A DNA stretch of 64,000 bases from Candidatus Brocadiia bacterium. GTDB lineage: Bacteria > Planctomycetota > Brocadiia > SM23-32. The position numbers were made by a program, and so were the translations under genes. Below the pieces are notes generated by a model that made no database searches, was not told the DNA's origin, and saw only the letters and a list, made by a program, of their open reading frames with translations. The DNA is taken from contig JBKHIT010000004.1 in assembly GCA_046538485.1 (NCBI GenBank), positions 1 through 64,000 on the forward strand. Reading direction: 5' to 3'. Below, piece after piece: positions 1 through 9,772 of the stretch (position 1 is its first letter; each line of letters opens with the position of its first letter).

Positions 1-50
1 CGGAGAAACAGACTGGAATGAGTGAACGGACAACGGAAAACGGACAAACT

Positions 51-666
51 GCCGTGAGCCCTCGCAGAGGGCGCGGTGTTTCTAGCCCCGGGTGCGAACC
101 CGGGGTTTTGGGGGCGCGCCCCCAAAATGAACCCCCGCAGGGCGGTGACACGTGCCGACGCATCGGAACAGGTGCCACCCGCTGCGCGGGTTCAGGATTG
201 TTTTATCGGCATCTGTCCCACGGGTTTGCACCCGTGGCTAGACGAGTGCCACCCGCTACGCGGGTTGAACGGCAAACGGACAGAGGTCAGGAACGGACAG
301 ATGTCAGATGTCAGAAGTCAGAGATCAGAGGTCAGCGACGGCGATACGGCGACGGACAACGGACAAACCGCCGTCAGCCCTCGCAGAGGGCGCCGTCTTT
401 CCAGCCCCGGGTGCGAACCCGGGGGTTTGGGGCATTCGCCCCCAAAAATGAACCCCCGCAGGGCGGTGACACGGACAGCCAGAGGACAGCGGGTCAGAGG
501 TCAGAGGTCAGCGACGACATTACGGCATAACGGCGGAACGACAGAACGGCATACGGCAACGGCGGGTGCCACCCGCTGCGCGGGTTCGGGATTGTTTTTT
601 CCCGGAACCTGTCCCACGGGTTTGCACCCGTGGCTACCCGAGTGCCACCCGCTACGCGGGTTCAAC
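51..666. repeat. REP/BIME-like array of four ~100-bp multi-hairpin units in alternating orientation (A1 ~51-151, B1 ~171-270, A2 ~370-472, B2 ~565-666)
   Basis: A1 and A2 are near-identical (GCCCTCGCAGAGGGC...AGCCCCGGGTGCGAACCCGGGG...TGAACCCCCGCAGGGCGGTGACAC). B1 and B2 are near-identical to each other. The reverse complement of B (..TAGCCACGGGTGCAAACCCGTGGG..TGAACCCGCGCAGCGGGTGGCAC) aligns with A. Confidence 0.85.
276..563 (+). repeat. Degenerate short tandem repeats in the spacers between REP-like units: 7-mer GTCAGA(G/T/A) and ~7-8-mer ACGG(A)CA
   Basis: GACAGAT GTCAGAT GTCAGAA GTCAGAG ATCAGAG GTCAGCG (~296-337); GTCAGAG GTCAGAG GTCAGCG (~493-513); ACGACATT ACGGCATA ACGGCGGA ACGACAGA ACGGCAT ACGGCA (~514-558). 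Confidence 0.8.
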
Positions 667-826
667 GACAAACGCCACACGCCACACCGACAAACGGCTA
701 CCACTGGTCTTGTGCCAGTGGAGGCATACTTCTGCACTGCAGGCTACGAGCTTCCGGGTAAATTACTTGTAGACATAAGCGTCCATTCTGATCAGCGATG
801 TCCAATCTCTTGAGACGGTGCCCGGG

Positions 827-1585
827 TCAGACGGCGCGGAAGATTCCCATACCGGGATCGGACACACAGAACTCTTCGGGCGGTTTGAGCACTTCGAACC
901 CGCAGTCCTTGAGACCATCGATAAGTTCTTCAACGGTCACGGCGAGCATCTTGTGGGTCACATCGATTTTCTTTTCATGCCCGTGTTCATCGGTGAAAGT
1001 TATATAACAGTGTTGTGTAAATATTTTGCTACCCCTGTCCCAGGAATAATTCAAAACCGCATTTCCACCGGTCAGATTCCGTCTGTCGATTCGGGTTTTA
1101 CGCCAGAAGCCTTCTGTGTCCAGGCATTTGTCGAAAGCAAAGAGTGCGCCGGTGCGCAGATGCGAGCGAATTTGGTCAACGGCTCCCATAAGACCTTCGA
1201 ATGTCAGTATATAGTCCAAACCGCTGTGCATACAGATTGCGGCGTCAAAGACGTGTGATAGGCTCATCGAAGACAAACGGGCCTGGTAAAAGCGGGCATT
1301 CAAATTGCGTTCATCTTTTTCAACTTTCTCCCGTGCGAGGGCGAGCATCTCAGATGAGGAATCCACACCGATGACCTCAAATCCCCTGTGGAGGAGCGGC
1401 AGGGTTGAAAGCCCCGTCCCGCAGGCCGCGTCCAGGATAACATCTTCATCTGTCAGTCCGAAACGCTTCAGGTCTTGGAGAAGGTTTTCGATCCATAGTT
1501 CATACGGTGCCCAGGCGACCAATTCATCGTAAACGGGGGCCAGCACATCGAAATTGTTGACTGCATTCGTATCTGTTCTGGGCAT
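827..1585 (-). CDS. Class I SAM-dependent methyltransferase
   Basis: Motif I ILDAACGTG, GVD-S-EML, FDAAIC. Start taken at MPRTD (1585); the ORF extends to 1654. Confidence 0.85.
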   Translation of the reverse strand: MPRTDTNAVNNFDVLAPVYDELVAWAPYELWIENLLQDLKRFGLTDEDVILDAACGTGLSTLPLLHRGFEVIGVDSSSEMLALAREKVEKDERNLNARFYQARLSSMSLSHVFDAAICMHSGLDYILTFEGLMGAVDQIRSHLRTGALFAFDKCLDTEGFWRKTRIDRRNLTGGNAVLNYSWDRGSKIFTQHCYITFTDEHGHEKKIDVTHKMLAVTVEELIDGLKDCGFEVLKPPEEFCVSDPGMGIFRAV

Positions 1586-1724
1586 AATAACGAGACGTTG
1601 TCGACTTAAAAAGTGCACTTTATGTATTGACCCCACCTCTTCTATATAATACACTATTAAGTAAGTTTATATGTTTCAAATGGACCAAAGTAGCTATTAA
1701 TCCTTTTTTTGGAGTTGTGGCACT

Positions 1725-3617
1725 ATGGGTGACGAAGAAGCGATGGAATCAAAGAACGAGTCAGGACTCTTGCAAGCGATAAGACGACAGCGAGAAAACC
1801 CTGTCGCGGAGATTTTTCGCAATAGCCCCTTTCTGTTTTTGAGTCTTATTTTTCATCTGATTATTTTCGCGATGCTGGCTTTCTTTATTGCACGCGAACC
1901 TGAAAGGGTTAAACGCGAGATCGCCCTCAATATTGAAGAAGTGAAGGTTGAAGACGTTCAGCACCAGGTTCCTCGAAAAGAGGAAAATCTCTCTGAGAGT
2001 GCCACGAGTGGAGCTCTTTCCTCCGCAGGTGGCGGTGTGGAGGGGGAGAGTCACAAATCGGCGTCCAAAGGAACCGAAGATGTCAGCATCAACAGGCTCA
2101 ACGTTTTGGGACTGAAATCAGCAGTTGGGGGTGGTGGAACCGGCCAATTTCAGGGTGTGGGAGGTGACAGCTTTGCTTTTGCGGGTGGGCGGGGCGAAAA
2201 ATCCATCGAAGGGGCCGTCGATCAGTTTGCCATCGTGACAATCAACGCTGTCTCTCGAGGCAACACGCTGGTAGCGTTGATGATAGACCGTTCACGAAGC
2301 GTCGTCTACGGCGATCTTCCACGTCTGATCCAGCGCATGGATCATTATTTTGATGAAATCGATAAAAATCTCTCGAGCAACATTCGTGACAATGGGCGCT
2401 GGATTGTTGTTGGCTATGGACGGGAAGCAGAATTCAAATGTCATCCCAGCGCAAACCTGTCGTATGTCAAATCGGCGCTTCGAAATGTTAATGTCGGCGT
2501 GTCCGGGATGGAAAATGTGGGAAAGGCAACCGAGAAAGTTCTCGATCGCTTTGGCGGACAGTACGACCACATTCTTATCGCGGCTCTTACCGATGAATCG
2601 GGAAATGACATCAAAAATGGCAAACTGCTTGAAAGACTCGTGCAGCGGATGAGAGGGAAAAATGCACGATTCTATACTTTTGGATACGAAGCGACATTTT
2701 GCGCGAGGAAAAAGAGAATTCGGTTCAAACTCGATCCCGAGCTGATGCGCGGTCAGGACCGCAACGCAATCCGCGGGTTCGAAGGGCGGGTCATACACGG
2801 TTGGGCAGATGGTGGCCCGGAAGCTCCCAAACCCGAATTATGGTGGGGACAAAACTGGCACAGGTGGCATCGCTGGGGCGGCCATCTTAATGATATCCCT
2901 TCCGGTTTCGGGATGTACGGTTTGAACCGGCTCGTGCTTGCCACAGGCGGTATCTATTTTCTCATGAAACCGGAATCGAAATACGATGAGCAGAAACTCT
3001 ATGCCAAATACAAACCTGACATCTGCTCGAAAGCGAAATATGAATTGCGCAAACAGAATCGGGATATCCGGCGTATTCTCAATGCGACCTGGAAGGAAAT
3101 CGGACGTTTCTACCTCCCCTATCATCTGCATAAAGCAAAAGATATTGAGAGAGAACTTCGTGCAGCCGCCAAGGGACGTCAGTACTGTGCCGACCGAATA
3201 AGGGCATTGTCGAGGTACATTGAGAACCAAAAAATGAAAGCGCCGAATCCGGTTCGCTGGCGAGCACACGCCGACCTGACGCTGGCCGAACTCTACCGGC
3301 TTCATTTCATGCTGGGTCAGTACCACGATGTGGTGGAGCAGACCTGGGAAAAACATAACCGAGCCGAAATCCCGAAAGGCAAAAGGCTCGTGGTGCATCG
3401 CGGAAAAGCACCCAGCGATTACGTGGGCCCGCAGCAGGCCAAAGTCGAGTTCAATACAGCAAAGCAATACATCCAGCTCGTGATCGATAATCATAGAGAC
3501 ACGCCCTGGGAAACGGCGGCTAAACGCATGAAGAAACACCTTTTCCCGTGGCGCTGCACCCTCCGGAAGATTCCGAAACACAAGGGGCGTCCCAGCCCGC
3601 CTTCACTGCAGTTCTGA
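1725..3617 (+). CDS. Membrane-anchored vWA-domain protein
   Basis: N-terminal TM helix (FLFLSLIFHLIIFAMLAFF), Gly-rich linker, MIDAS-like DRSRS ... LTDE, helical C-terminal region. Confidence 0.7.
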   Translation: MGDEEAMESKNESGLLQAIRRQRENPVAEIFRNSPFLFLSLIFHLIIFAMLAFFIAREPERVKREIALNIEEVKVEDVQHQVPRKEENLSESATSGALSSAGGGVEGESHKSASKGTEDVSINRLNVLGLKSAVGGGGTGQFQGVGGDSFAFAGGRGEKSIEGAVDQFAIVTINAVSRGNTLVALMIDRSRSVVYGDLPRLIQRMDHYFDEIDKNLSSNIRDNGRWIVVGYGREAEFKCHPSANLSYVKSALRNVNVGVSGMENVGKATEKVLDRFGGQYDHILIAALTDESGNDIKNGKLLERLVQRMRGKNARFYTFGYEATFCARKKRIRFKLDPELMRGQDRNAIRGFEGRVIHGWADGGPEAPKPELWWGQNWHRWHRWGGHLNDIPSGFGMYGLNRLVLATGGIYFLMKPESKYDEQKLYAKYKPDICSKAKYELRKQNRDIRRILNATWKEIGRFYLPYHLHKAKDIERELRAAAKGRQYCADRIRALSRYIENQKMKAPNPVRWRAHADLTLAELYRLHFMLGQYHDVVEQTWEKHNRAEIPKGKRLVVHRGKAPSDYVGPQQAKVEFNTAKQYIQLVIDNHRDTPWETAAKRMKKHLFPWRCTLRKIPKHKGRPSPPSLQF

Positions 3618-3706
3618 ACAAGCCGGGATGAATTCCTGTCCACCCAGCGCACGCCGGGGGTGTTCTCATATATTGCGAATCAGGTTCATTCAATTGGAAC
3701 AGCGGT

Positions 3707-4117
3707 ATGGGCTCTCACGTAACAACCACCGAGTTTCGCGTGCGTTACAGCGAGACCGACCGAATGGACACGATCTATAATTCGCGGGTACTCGAATGGT
3801 TTGAAATGGGCCGAACCGAATACCTGCGCGAGATCGGAATCCCCTATCGTGGAATGGAAGAGCGTGGCATTTTGCTGCCGGTTATCGAAGCCCATGTTGA
3901 ATATCGCGGCCGGGCGACCTACGACGATCTGCTCCGAATGGAAACCAGGGCGATGATGCCTTCCCCCCTGCGACTGAAGTGTGAAATCCAGATATCTCAT
4001 GCTCGCAGTGGCGATCCCGTTGCCCGTGGTTACACGATCCATGCCCTGACAAATGCTGACGGAACTCCGAGCCGCCCTCCCGAAAGCTTTCTGGACGCTG
4101 TGCGCAGGGCAATATAA
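3707..4117 (+). CDS. Acyl-CoA thioesterase (YbgC/FadM hotdog family)
   Basis: RVRYSETDRM..IYNS...WFEMGRTE; 136 aa. Confidence 0.85.
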   Translation: MGSHVTTTEFRVRYSETDRMDTIYNSRVLEWFEMGRTEYLREIGIPYRGMEERGILLPVIEAHVEYRGRATYDDLLRMETRAMMPSPLRLKCEIQISHARSGDPVARGYTIHALTNADGTPSRPPESFLDAVRRAI

Positions 4118-4154
4118 GGCAAACAGCCGGGGGGCCAGCCCTGCTGGCGGCGCC

Positions 4155-4664
4155 TTACCGATCCAATCCTATCCGCTTCTCCATCCGATAATCGTCCATA
4201 ACAAACCCCTCGCCGATATCTTTTTTTCTCGTTTCGATGATTTCAAACCCCATGCGTTCGTACCATCTGATTGAGCTCTCGTTACCTTTATTCACCGTAA
4301 GCCAGATCTTTTGGAGGCTCTTTTCGAAACAAATTCTCTCCAGAAATTCGATGATACTACGGCCAAATCCCCGCCCTCGGAACTCTTTAGTGACGTATAT
4401 TTTACTGAGAAACATGCTTGATTTTGCGGGTTCGATATCAAAGGCAAAATACCCCACCTCGTTCCCATTATCTTGAACGAAAAAATAACTTCTTCCATCA
4501 TTTATCTGTTCTGTGATCGCGCTTTCAGTCTGGAAATTCTCGAGCATATAGTCGACCTGAGGCTGGCCGATGATATTGACGTAATGTTCGTTCCATATTT
4601 CGTGCGCCATTTCTTCCAGCTTCTTAATAGCCGCGCTGGAACTGACTCGTTTAAAGGTTGTCAT
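4155..4664 (-). CDS. GNAT family N-acetyltransferase
   Basis: LSKIYV..EFRGRGFG acetyl-CoA motif; LTVNKGN..SI.WYERMGF. Confidence 0.9.
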   Translation of the reverse strand: MTTFKRVSSSAAIKKLEEMAHEIWNEHYVNIIGQPQVDYMLENFQTESAITEQINDGRSYFFVQDNGNEVGYFAFDIEPAKSSMFLSKIYVTKEFRGRGFGRSIIEFLERICFEKSLQKIWLTVNKGNESSIRWYERMGFEIIETRKKDIGEGFVMDDYRMEKRIGLDR

Positions 4665-4755
4665 CTATCTGCCCGTTTCTGGGAATCGGGACGTTTTCTT
4701 GTTTTTTATTGTAATTTTCTTTATGACGATCTGCGCAGTATTCCACAGTTGTGTT

Positions 4756-5763
4756 CTACGTTTCACGCCCCTGTTCAGCGCCAGACCTCTGGCTCAACCT
4801 CTTCCCAAAAAGCGGCAACATAAAATCCCCAAACAGACTGAGGGCAGCCAGAATACACAACCACGGGGCAATCAGTTTCGGGCCATTGCCAGAGGGGGTA
4901 AACGTTGTCCCATGTGTAATCACTTCTTCCCGATTCGTAGGATATTGAGCTTTGGCAGATGAGACCTGCCAGAACTTTCCACCACCCGCTTTTGCCCACT
5001 CCCGGGCACGATCCGGGCGAGCCCGACTCACCACCGGCTTTCCCGCTCGGTCCATTTGCACATGCCACTCCCCCTTCAGACCTTTTTCACGGACTTTTCG
5101 TGCTCCACGCCCCCCCACGCAAACAGTATGAACAATCATCCCATTTCGTTTGGCTTTCTTGATCGATTTCCGCACGTCTCCGATAAAATTCTCGCCGTCA
5201 CTGGCCACCACAATAAACCCTGCGGGGATTTTGCATTCCCTCAGCAACTCAGCAGCTTCATCGATTCCGGCAGGCAGATTGGTGCCGGCGCTGCTGAGCC
5301 AGGTTGGATTGATTTTGTTCATGAGTTTATTGAATGCGGATCGGTCCGTTGTGGGCGGGCAGACCACAACCGGTCGACTTCCCGCGGCGACGCATCCTAA
5401 AGCGTCGGCCTGCATTGTGGCGCCGGCTTTTTCAATCCATTGTTTGGCAGCCAGCAATCGATACCCCGGAACATCATCGCATGACATACTGGCAGAGACG
5501 TCAAGAACGAAGACAACGTGCGCGCCTTCAGTGGCCTGAGCTTTCGTCTGCAGGAAAGGATTGGCTGCGGCGATTATGAGGGAGAGCAGCGCAAGAACCC
5601 GCAAAATCCCTCGTGTTCTATTCACACGTGCATTATCGTCGAGAGACCCGCTGCAGCTTTCAGATGCTTTCCTTACCAGCGCAGCACTTCTTTGCCACAA
5701 TATTCCCAGAAATACAACGAATGGAATTCCGATCAGTAAGATAAGAGGATGGCGAATTATCAT
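4756..5763 (-). CDS. vWA-domain membrane protein, BatB-like
   Basis: Two N-terminal TM segments, VFVLDVSASM MIDAS, GTN, VASDGE, C-terminal TM. Confidence 0.75.
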   Translation of the reverse strand: MIIRHPLILLIGIPFVVFLGILWQRSAALVRKASESCSGSLDDNARVNRTRGILRVLALLSLIIAAANPFLQTKAQATEGAHVVFVLDVSASMSCDDVPGYRLLAAKQWIEKAGATMQADALGCVAAGSRPVVVCPPTTDRSAFNKLMNKINPTWLSSAGTNLPAGIDEAAELLRECKIPAGFIVVASDGENFIGDVRKSIKKAKRNGMIVHTVCVGGRGARKVREKGLKGEWHVQMDRAGKPVVSRARPDRAREWAKAGGGKFWQVSSAKAQYPTNREEVITHGTTFTPSGNGPKLIAPWLCILAALSLFGDFMLPLFGKRLSQRSGAEQGRET

Positions 5764-5799
5764 GGTGCCCTGATTCCCGACCTATATGTTCGGACAAGT

Positions 5800-6708
5800 T
5801 CAACCTGACCCGTCCACGATCTGCGTTCCCACCCCTTCGTCCGTAAAGATTTCCAGGAGCAGAGAATGATTAAGGTTTGCGTCGATGATGTGAGCTTTAC
5901 TGACGCCTCCTTCTATGGCTCGCAGGCACGCCCGGACTTTTGGTCTCATCCCTCCCTGGATGATACCGTCGCGGATCAGATTATCGACCTTCGTTTTATT
6001 GACCGTTGAGAGAAACGTGTTTCTATTCCCCGGTTCTCCCATTATTCCGTGCACATCGCTGAGGAAAACGATTTTTTCGGCATTCATTCCGCATGCCAGT
6101 GCCGCCGCTGCGCTATCGGCGTTCACGTTATAGAGTTGCCCCGTATCGTCCTGCCCGATCGGCGGGAGGATGACAATATCTCCCTCTTGTTCCATGGTTC
6201 GTATCCGCTCGGTATCGATTTTTTGAATTTCTCCCACAAAACCAACATCGACTTCACCGTGTTGGCCATCTTTACCGTCTACCGTCAGGAGCTTCTTTTT
6301 CGCCCGCAGAACACTCTGGTTCTCACAGAATCCCCGAATCGGCTCTGCTCCGAGAGATCGTATACGCCGGGCAATCTGTGCATTGATTTCTTCGCCCAGG
6401 ACGCGGACGGCGATATCGAGCGTGTCCTGGTCAGTCACTCGATGCCCCGTGACGAATTGGGCCTCCAGACCGGCTTCTTCCATGGCCCGGGAGATATGTT
6501 TGCCACCGCCGTGAACTATAATCGGCTTGATTCCAACGGTGGCCAAAAAAACAATGTCCTGCAGAACCTCATCCATGACCTTCTCTTCGGCCATAGCGCT
6601 TCCACCGAACTTAACGACGATATCACGGCCCTTGAAGCCTTGTATGTAAGGGAGTGCTTCAATGAGCACCGCCGCTTTTTCCATTGCTTCTTCCACAATT
6701 TCCTCCAT
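5800..6708 (-). CDS. argB: Acetylglutamate kinase
   Basis: [46 protein letters not shown]. The true start is near 6708/6696, not 7173. Confidence 0.95.
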   Translation of the reverse strand: MEEIVEEAMEKAAVLIEALPYIQGFKGRDIVVKFGGSAMAEEKVMDEVLQDIVFLATVGIKPIIVHGGGKHISRAMEEAGLEAQFVTGHRVTDQDTLDIAVRVLGEEINAQIARRIRSLGAEPIRGFCENQSVLRAKKKLLTVDGKDGQHGEVDVGFVGEIQKIDTERIRTMEQEGDIVILPPIGQDDTGQLYNVNADSAAAALACGMNAEKIVFLSDVHGIMGEPGNRNTFLSTVNKTKVDNLIRDGIIQGGMRPKVRACLRAIEGGVSKAHIIDANLNHSLLLEIFTDEGVGTQIVDGSG

Positions 6709-6835
6709 GCCGCTAAGGAACATAAAACTATCAGATTGTATCAGCTTGATGGCATTAATGCAGGTTGATTGCCGGGCAAACTGGACAACTCGTTCGGTCT
6801 CCCTTAGAGTAGGGAAGGAAACTGAGGAGGCGGGA

Positions 6836-7522
6836 ATGGATTCAACATCTCTAAGACGACGTCTTGAACTTGAACAACTTATGGGCGTGGAGGTTTTAAT
6901 GAAACCACATGCGCAGGGTGAACCTACGGAAGAAAATTCCGTTAAGCAGCAACTTGCAGAAATTGAAAAGGACGTCCAGCAGTGCACAAAATGCCCGCTC
7001 CATAAAACGCGCACACAGGGCGTTTTTGCACGCGGACGATGTGATGCGGATTTGATGTTTATCGGGGAAGCCCCCGGAGCTGATGAAGACCGCCTGGGGG
7101 AACCCTTCGTCGGGCGCGCCGGGAAACTTCTTGATAAAATGATCGAAGCAATGGGCCTCGGCCGGAACGACATCTATATCACCAATATTCTGAAAAGCCG
7201 TCCGCCAAAAAACCGCGATCCACGAGCCGACGAAACTGAAGCCTGCTGGCCTTATCTTGAACGGCAGATTGAACTGGTTGACCCGGACATAATCGTGACG
7301 CTGGGTCTGCCCGCGTCGAACACTTTGCTGGACAACAAAACATCCATGTCAAAAATGCGGGGCAATTGGTTCTTCTACAGCGAAATACCTGTTTTACCTA
7401 CATATCACCCCGCCTACCTTCTGCGTTCCCCCAGTCAGAAAAAGAAAGTCTGGCTTGACCTCAGAACGGTGATTTTTGCCCTGACAGGGGAAAAACCCCC
7501 TCCGTCCCCGGGATTGGTCTGA
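6836..7522 (+). CDS. Uracil-DNA glycosylase family 4
   Basis: CTKCPL Fe-S cysteines, [32 protein letters not shown] before ATG 6836. Confidence 0.93.
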   Translation: MDSTSLRRRLELEQLMGVEVLMKPHAQGEPTEENSVKQQLAEIEKDVQQCTKCPLHKTRTQGVFARGRCDADLMFIGEAPGADEDRLGEPFVGRAGKLLDKMIEAMGLGRNDIYITNILKSRPPKNRDPRADETEACWPYLERQIELVDPDIIVTLGLPASNTLLDNKTSMSKMRGNWFFYSEIPVLPTYHPAYLLRSPSQKKKVWLDLRTVIFALTGEKPPPSPGLV

Positions 7523-7596
7523 TTCCCGATTTTCTCTCCGGCTCGTATGATACCCGTGCTGAGTGGCCGCTATTTTCGGCGGGAACTCCCCGTCCT

Positions 7597-8568
7597 TCAC
7601 TGTTCCCGTATGAGCGACCGCCGGTCTATTTCACTGTTTTCAAGTAACGGTTTGATGTCCGCGAGAAAACGCCGCGCATCTCTGGCATAGCCTGCCGTCG
7701 GTTTCAGATCAGGTAATTCCTTTTGCCAGTATCGGTTGAAGACAATCATATAGAGTTCGCGGACGTATTTTGCCGTCATTGAAGCCAGGGCAACGGGCAA
7801 AGCTCGCTGGTCACCGTTTTTCTTGAATGCCACGTGCATTTGGTCCTGATTATGGCTGATTTCATAGCTGGAGCCCGCTGGGCCTTCCTGCACAACGTCA
7901 ATCTGACATTCCGGGAACGCATCGCAGAGCAACTTTCTATAGTGCACTCGTCCTCCATGTCGATCGACCAGCACAAAAACGCTTTCCTTATTGGCAAAGC
8001 GCCACAACCGCTGCAGAAGCAGGCCGCACTTTTGCCAGAGGAGGTTCGCTTTGTTGCGAGTATGACTCACAATCTTATTGTATTCGCTGGGGAGCACAGT
8101 AATCGCCCGTATTCCCAGGAAGGCAAGTGATTCCTTTTGGAGTGAAATTTTCAGAGGGGCCGCTTTGCTATCTATTGAAGAAATATTGGCCTTTCGGGGC
8201 AATATAAGCTTTTCTATACCTTCCCACCACGGACTCCGGTCGGTTGGAGAGACAGAGGGATGGAAGATTGCTGAGAACAACTTTCCACAGTTAGAAAGTC
8301 TTGGATGGCGCACAGACAGGAAACCAAGCACGCCTTCTTCCAGTGCACGGAGCCCCTTACGCCGCGAGTAAACCACTTTACTGTCATTGACGATCAATCG
8401 GCCGTCGGCGTGTGCGAAATTGCGAGAGATGGCAACCGAAAGTTGGTCCCATAATGCCCCCTCCGTCGGCACCTCGCCGGTTCTGAATGCGGTACCTGCC
8501 ACAACAAGCGGACCGAGAAGCGGTCCGTATCCAGCTTCATCAATTCCCGCCCAAATAGCCACTGGCAA
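7597..8568 (-). CDS. Ribonuclease HII-like protein
   Basis: GIDEAGYGPLLGPLVV, NDSK, VDRHGGR, VALASMTAKYVRE, PTAGY. Confidence 0.75.
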   Translation of the reverse strand: MPVAIWAGIDEAGYGPLLGPLVVAGTAFRTGEVPTEGALWDQLSVAISRNFAHADGRLIVNDSKVVYSRRKGLRALEEGVLGFLSVRHPRLSNCGKLFSAIFHPSVSPTDRSPWWEGIEKLILPRKANISSIDSKAAPLKISLQKESLAFLGIRAITVLPSEYNKIVSHTRNKANLLWQKCGLLLQRLWRFANKESVFVLVDRHGGRVHYRKLLCDAFPECQIDVVQEGPAGSSYEISHNQDQMHVAFKKNGDQRALPVALASMTAKYVRELYMIVFNRYWQKELPDLKPTAGYARDARRFLADIKPLLENSEIDRRSLIREQ

Positions 8569-8685
8569 TATCCGTCAAATGGTCATATCTGACAATATTC
8601 AGAAAATGCAACTACAGACCTGTATGCACACCACCGGGGAAGTGATTTATCTTGCCCTGACGGCAAGCGACAGGCATTAGGCATT

Positions 8686-8721
8686 AAAAAGCCGTCCCGG
8701 TCTATACGCCCGGGACGGCTT
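8686..8721 (-). terminator. Intrinsic terminator after the 8742-9641 gene
   Basis: Stem AGCCGTCCCGG/CCGGGACGGCT followed by a T-run on the minus strand, about 20 nt after the stop. Confidence 0.8.
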
Positions 8722-8741
8722 ACTCTGAACGGTGTCAGCGA

Positions 8742-9641
8742 TTATTCTTCTTCGCTGTCACCGTCTTGCTCTTCTTCCTCTGCATCCTCATCCTTTTCGT
8801 CTTTATCCCCTTCCGACTCTTCTTTTTCGTCTTCATCATCGTCGCCGGTTCCCATCAGGAAGTCAAGGTCTTCCCCCGTACCCATTTTGGCCCGATCTTC
8901 TTTCGGTTTTTCAGCTCTTTCAGCCGCCCGGCGTTTTCGCTCTTCCTCACGGAGTTTTCGTTCAGATTCTTCTTTTTCTTTCAATTTTGCAAGACGTTCT
9001 TTCCTCTTTTTTTCGGCCGCTTTTCGTTCTTTCATAATCTGTTCTTTAACGGTTTGTTTGATATCTGGCAGGATTTCCCTCGGTGATTTGCCTTTGTCAC
9101 GTTGAGTGAAATATTCTTTTATCAGTTTCATATCGAACCGCGCCAATTTAAAGATTGCCAGACACTCTTTAGCGGAGTATTTTTGGATTTTCGGATTTTT
9201 CTGACGTTCCGGCAACTTGGTTTCGCCTTTTGTCCCGCCCACACGGTATGCAAAGTAATACCAGCGGGTAATTTTGTTCGTTTGGGGGAATTCTTCGAAA
9301 ACTTCCTTTATCTCCCCCAGATCGAAATGGTACTTGAATTTCCACTCCCAGAACTCTTTGACCATTGAAGGTTCGCCGCCGCAGACGGCGAAACTGTCCG
9401 CGATCAACCTGTCGGGAACTTTTTTCTTTTTCAGTCGGAAATATTGTTCCACAAGGCCACGTCTCCCCTTGGCCATATCAAGGGCTTTTTTCATATCTGA
9501 ACGCGACCAGTGTTTCTTCTTTTTCTTCCAGAGCTCATTGATTTCTTTTTTGCTCATTTGCGCCATTGCGGGGGCGCTGATGGCCAGGAAAAGAACAGCT
9601 ACAACTGCCAGAGTCATCCCTTTGACTACTTTTTTATACAT
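8742..9641 (-). CDS. Hypothetical secreted protein with basic helical repeats, a coiled coil and an acidic tail
   Basis: Signal peptide ending APAMA|Q, K/E/R-rich coil, D/E-rich C-terminus, downstream terminator. Confidence 0.7.
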   Translation of the reverse strand: MYKKVVKGMTLAVVAVLFLAISAPAMAQMSKKEINELWKKKKKHWSRSDMKKALDMAKGRRGLVEQYFRLKKKKVPDRLIADSFAVCGGEPSMVKEFWEWKFKYHFDLGEIKEVFEEFPQTNKITRWYYFAYRVGGTKGETKLPERQKNPKIQKYSAKECLAIFKLARFDMKLIKEYFTQRDKGKSPREILPDIKQTVKEQIMKERKAAEKKRKERLAKLKEKEESERKLREEERKRRAAERAEKPKEDRAKMGTGEDLDFLMGTGDDDEDEKEESEGDKDEKDEDAEEEEQDGDSEEE

Positions 9642-9772
9642 AGTAATTCACCTGCATATCTACGCCAACTTCCCTGTTACTCAGCCTACTTATTATACCA
9701 CGAAAAAGCAGAAATGTAAACGCCTCCAATCCAATTTTCCTAAACATGCTATCAGTAACGGCAAAATGCCCT

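Noticed and set aside
51..666. CRISPR array interpretation of the left-edge repeats
   Set aside because: Units are ~100 bp and alternate in orientation, spacers are irregular and low-complexity, and there are no cas genes.
18..813. ORFs 18-530, 76-813 and others over the left-edge repeats
   Set aside because: The translations simply mirror the DNA repeats, several frames are open, and there are no protein motifs.
6709..7173. N-terminal extension of argB in the ORF track
   Set aside because: It is the antisense shadow of the UDG gene; ArgB homology begins near 6708.
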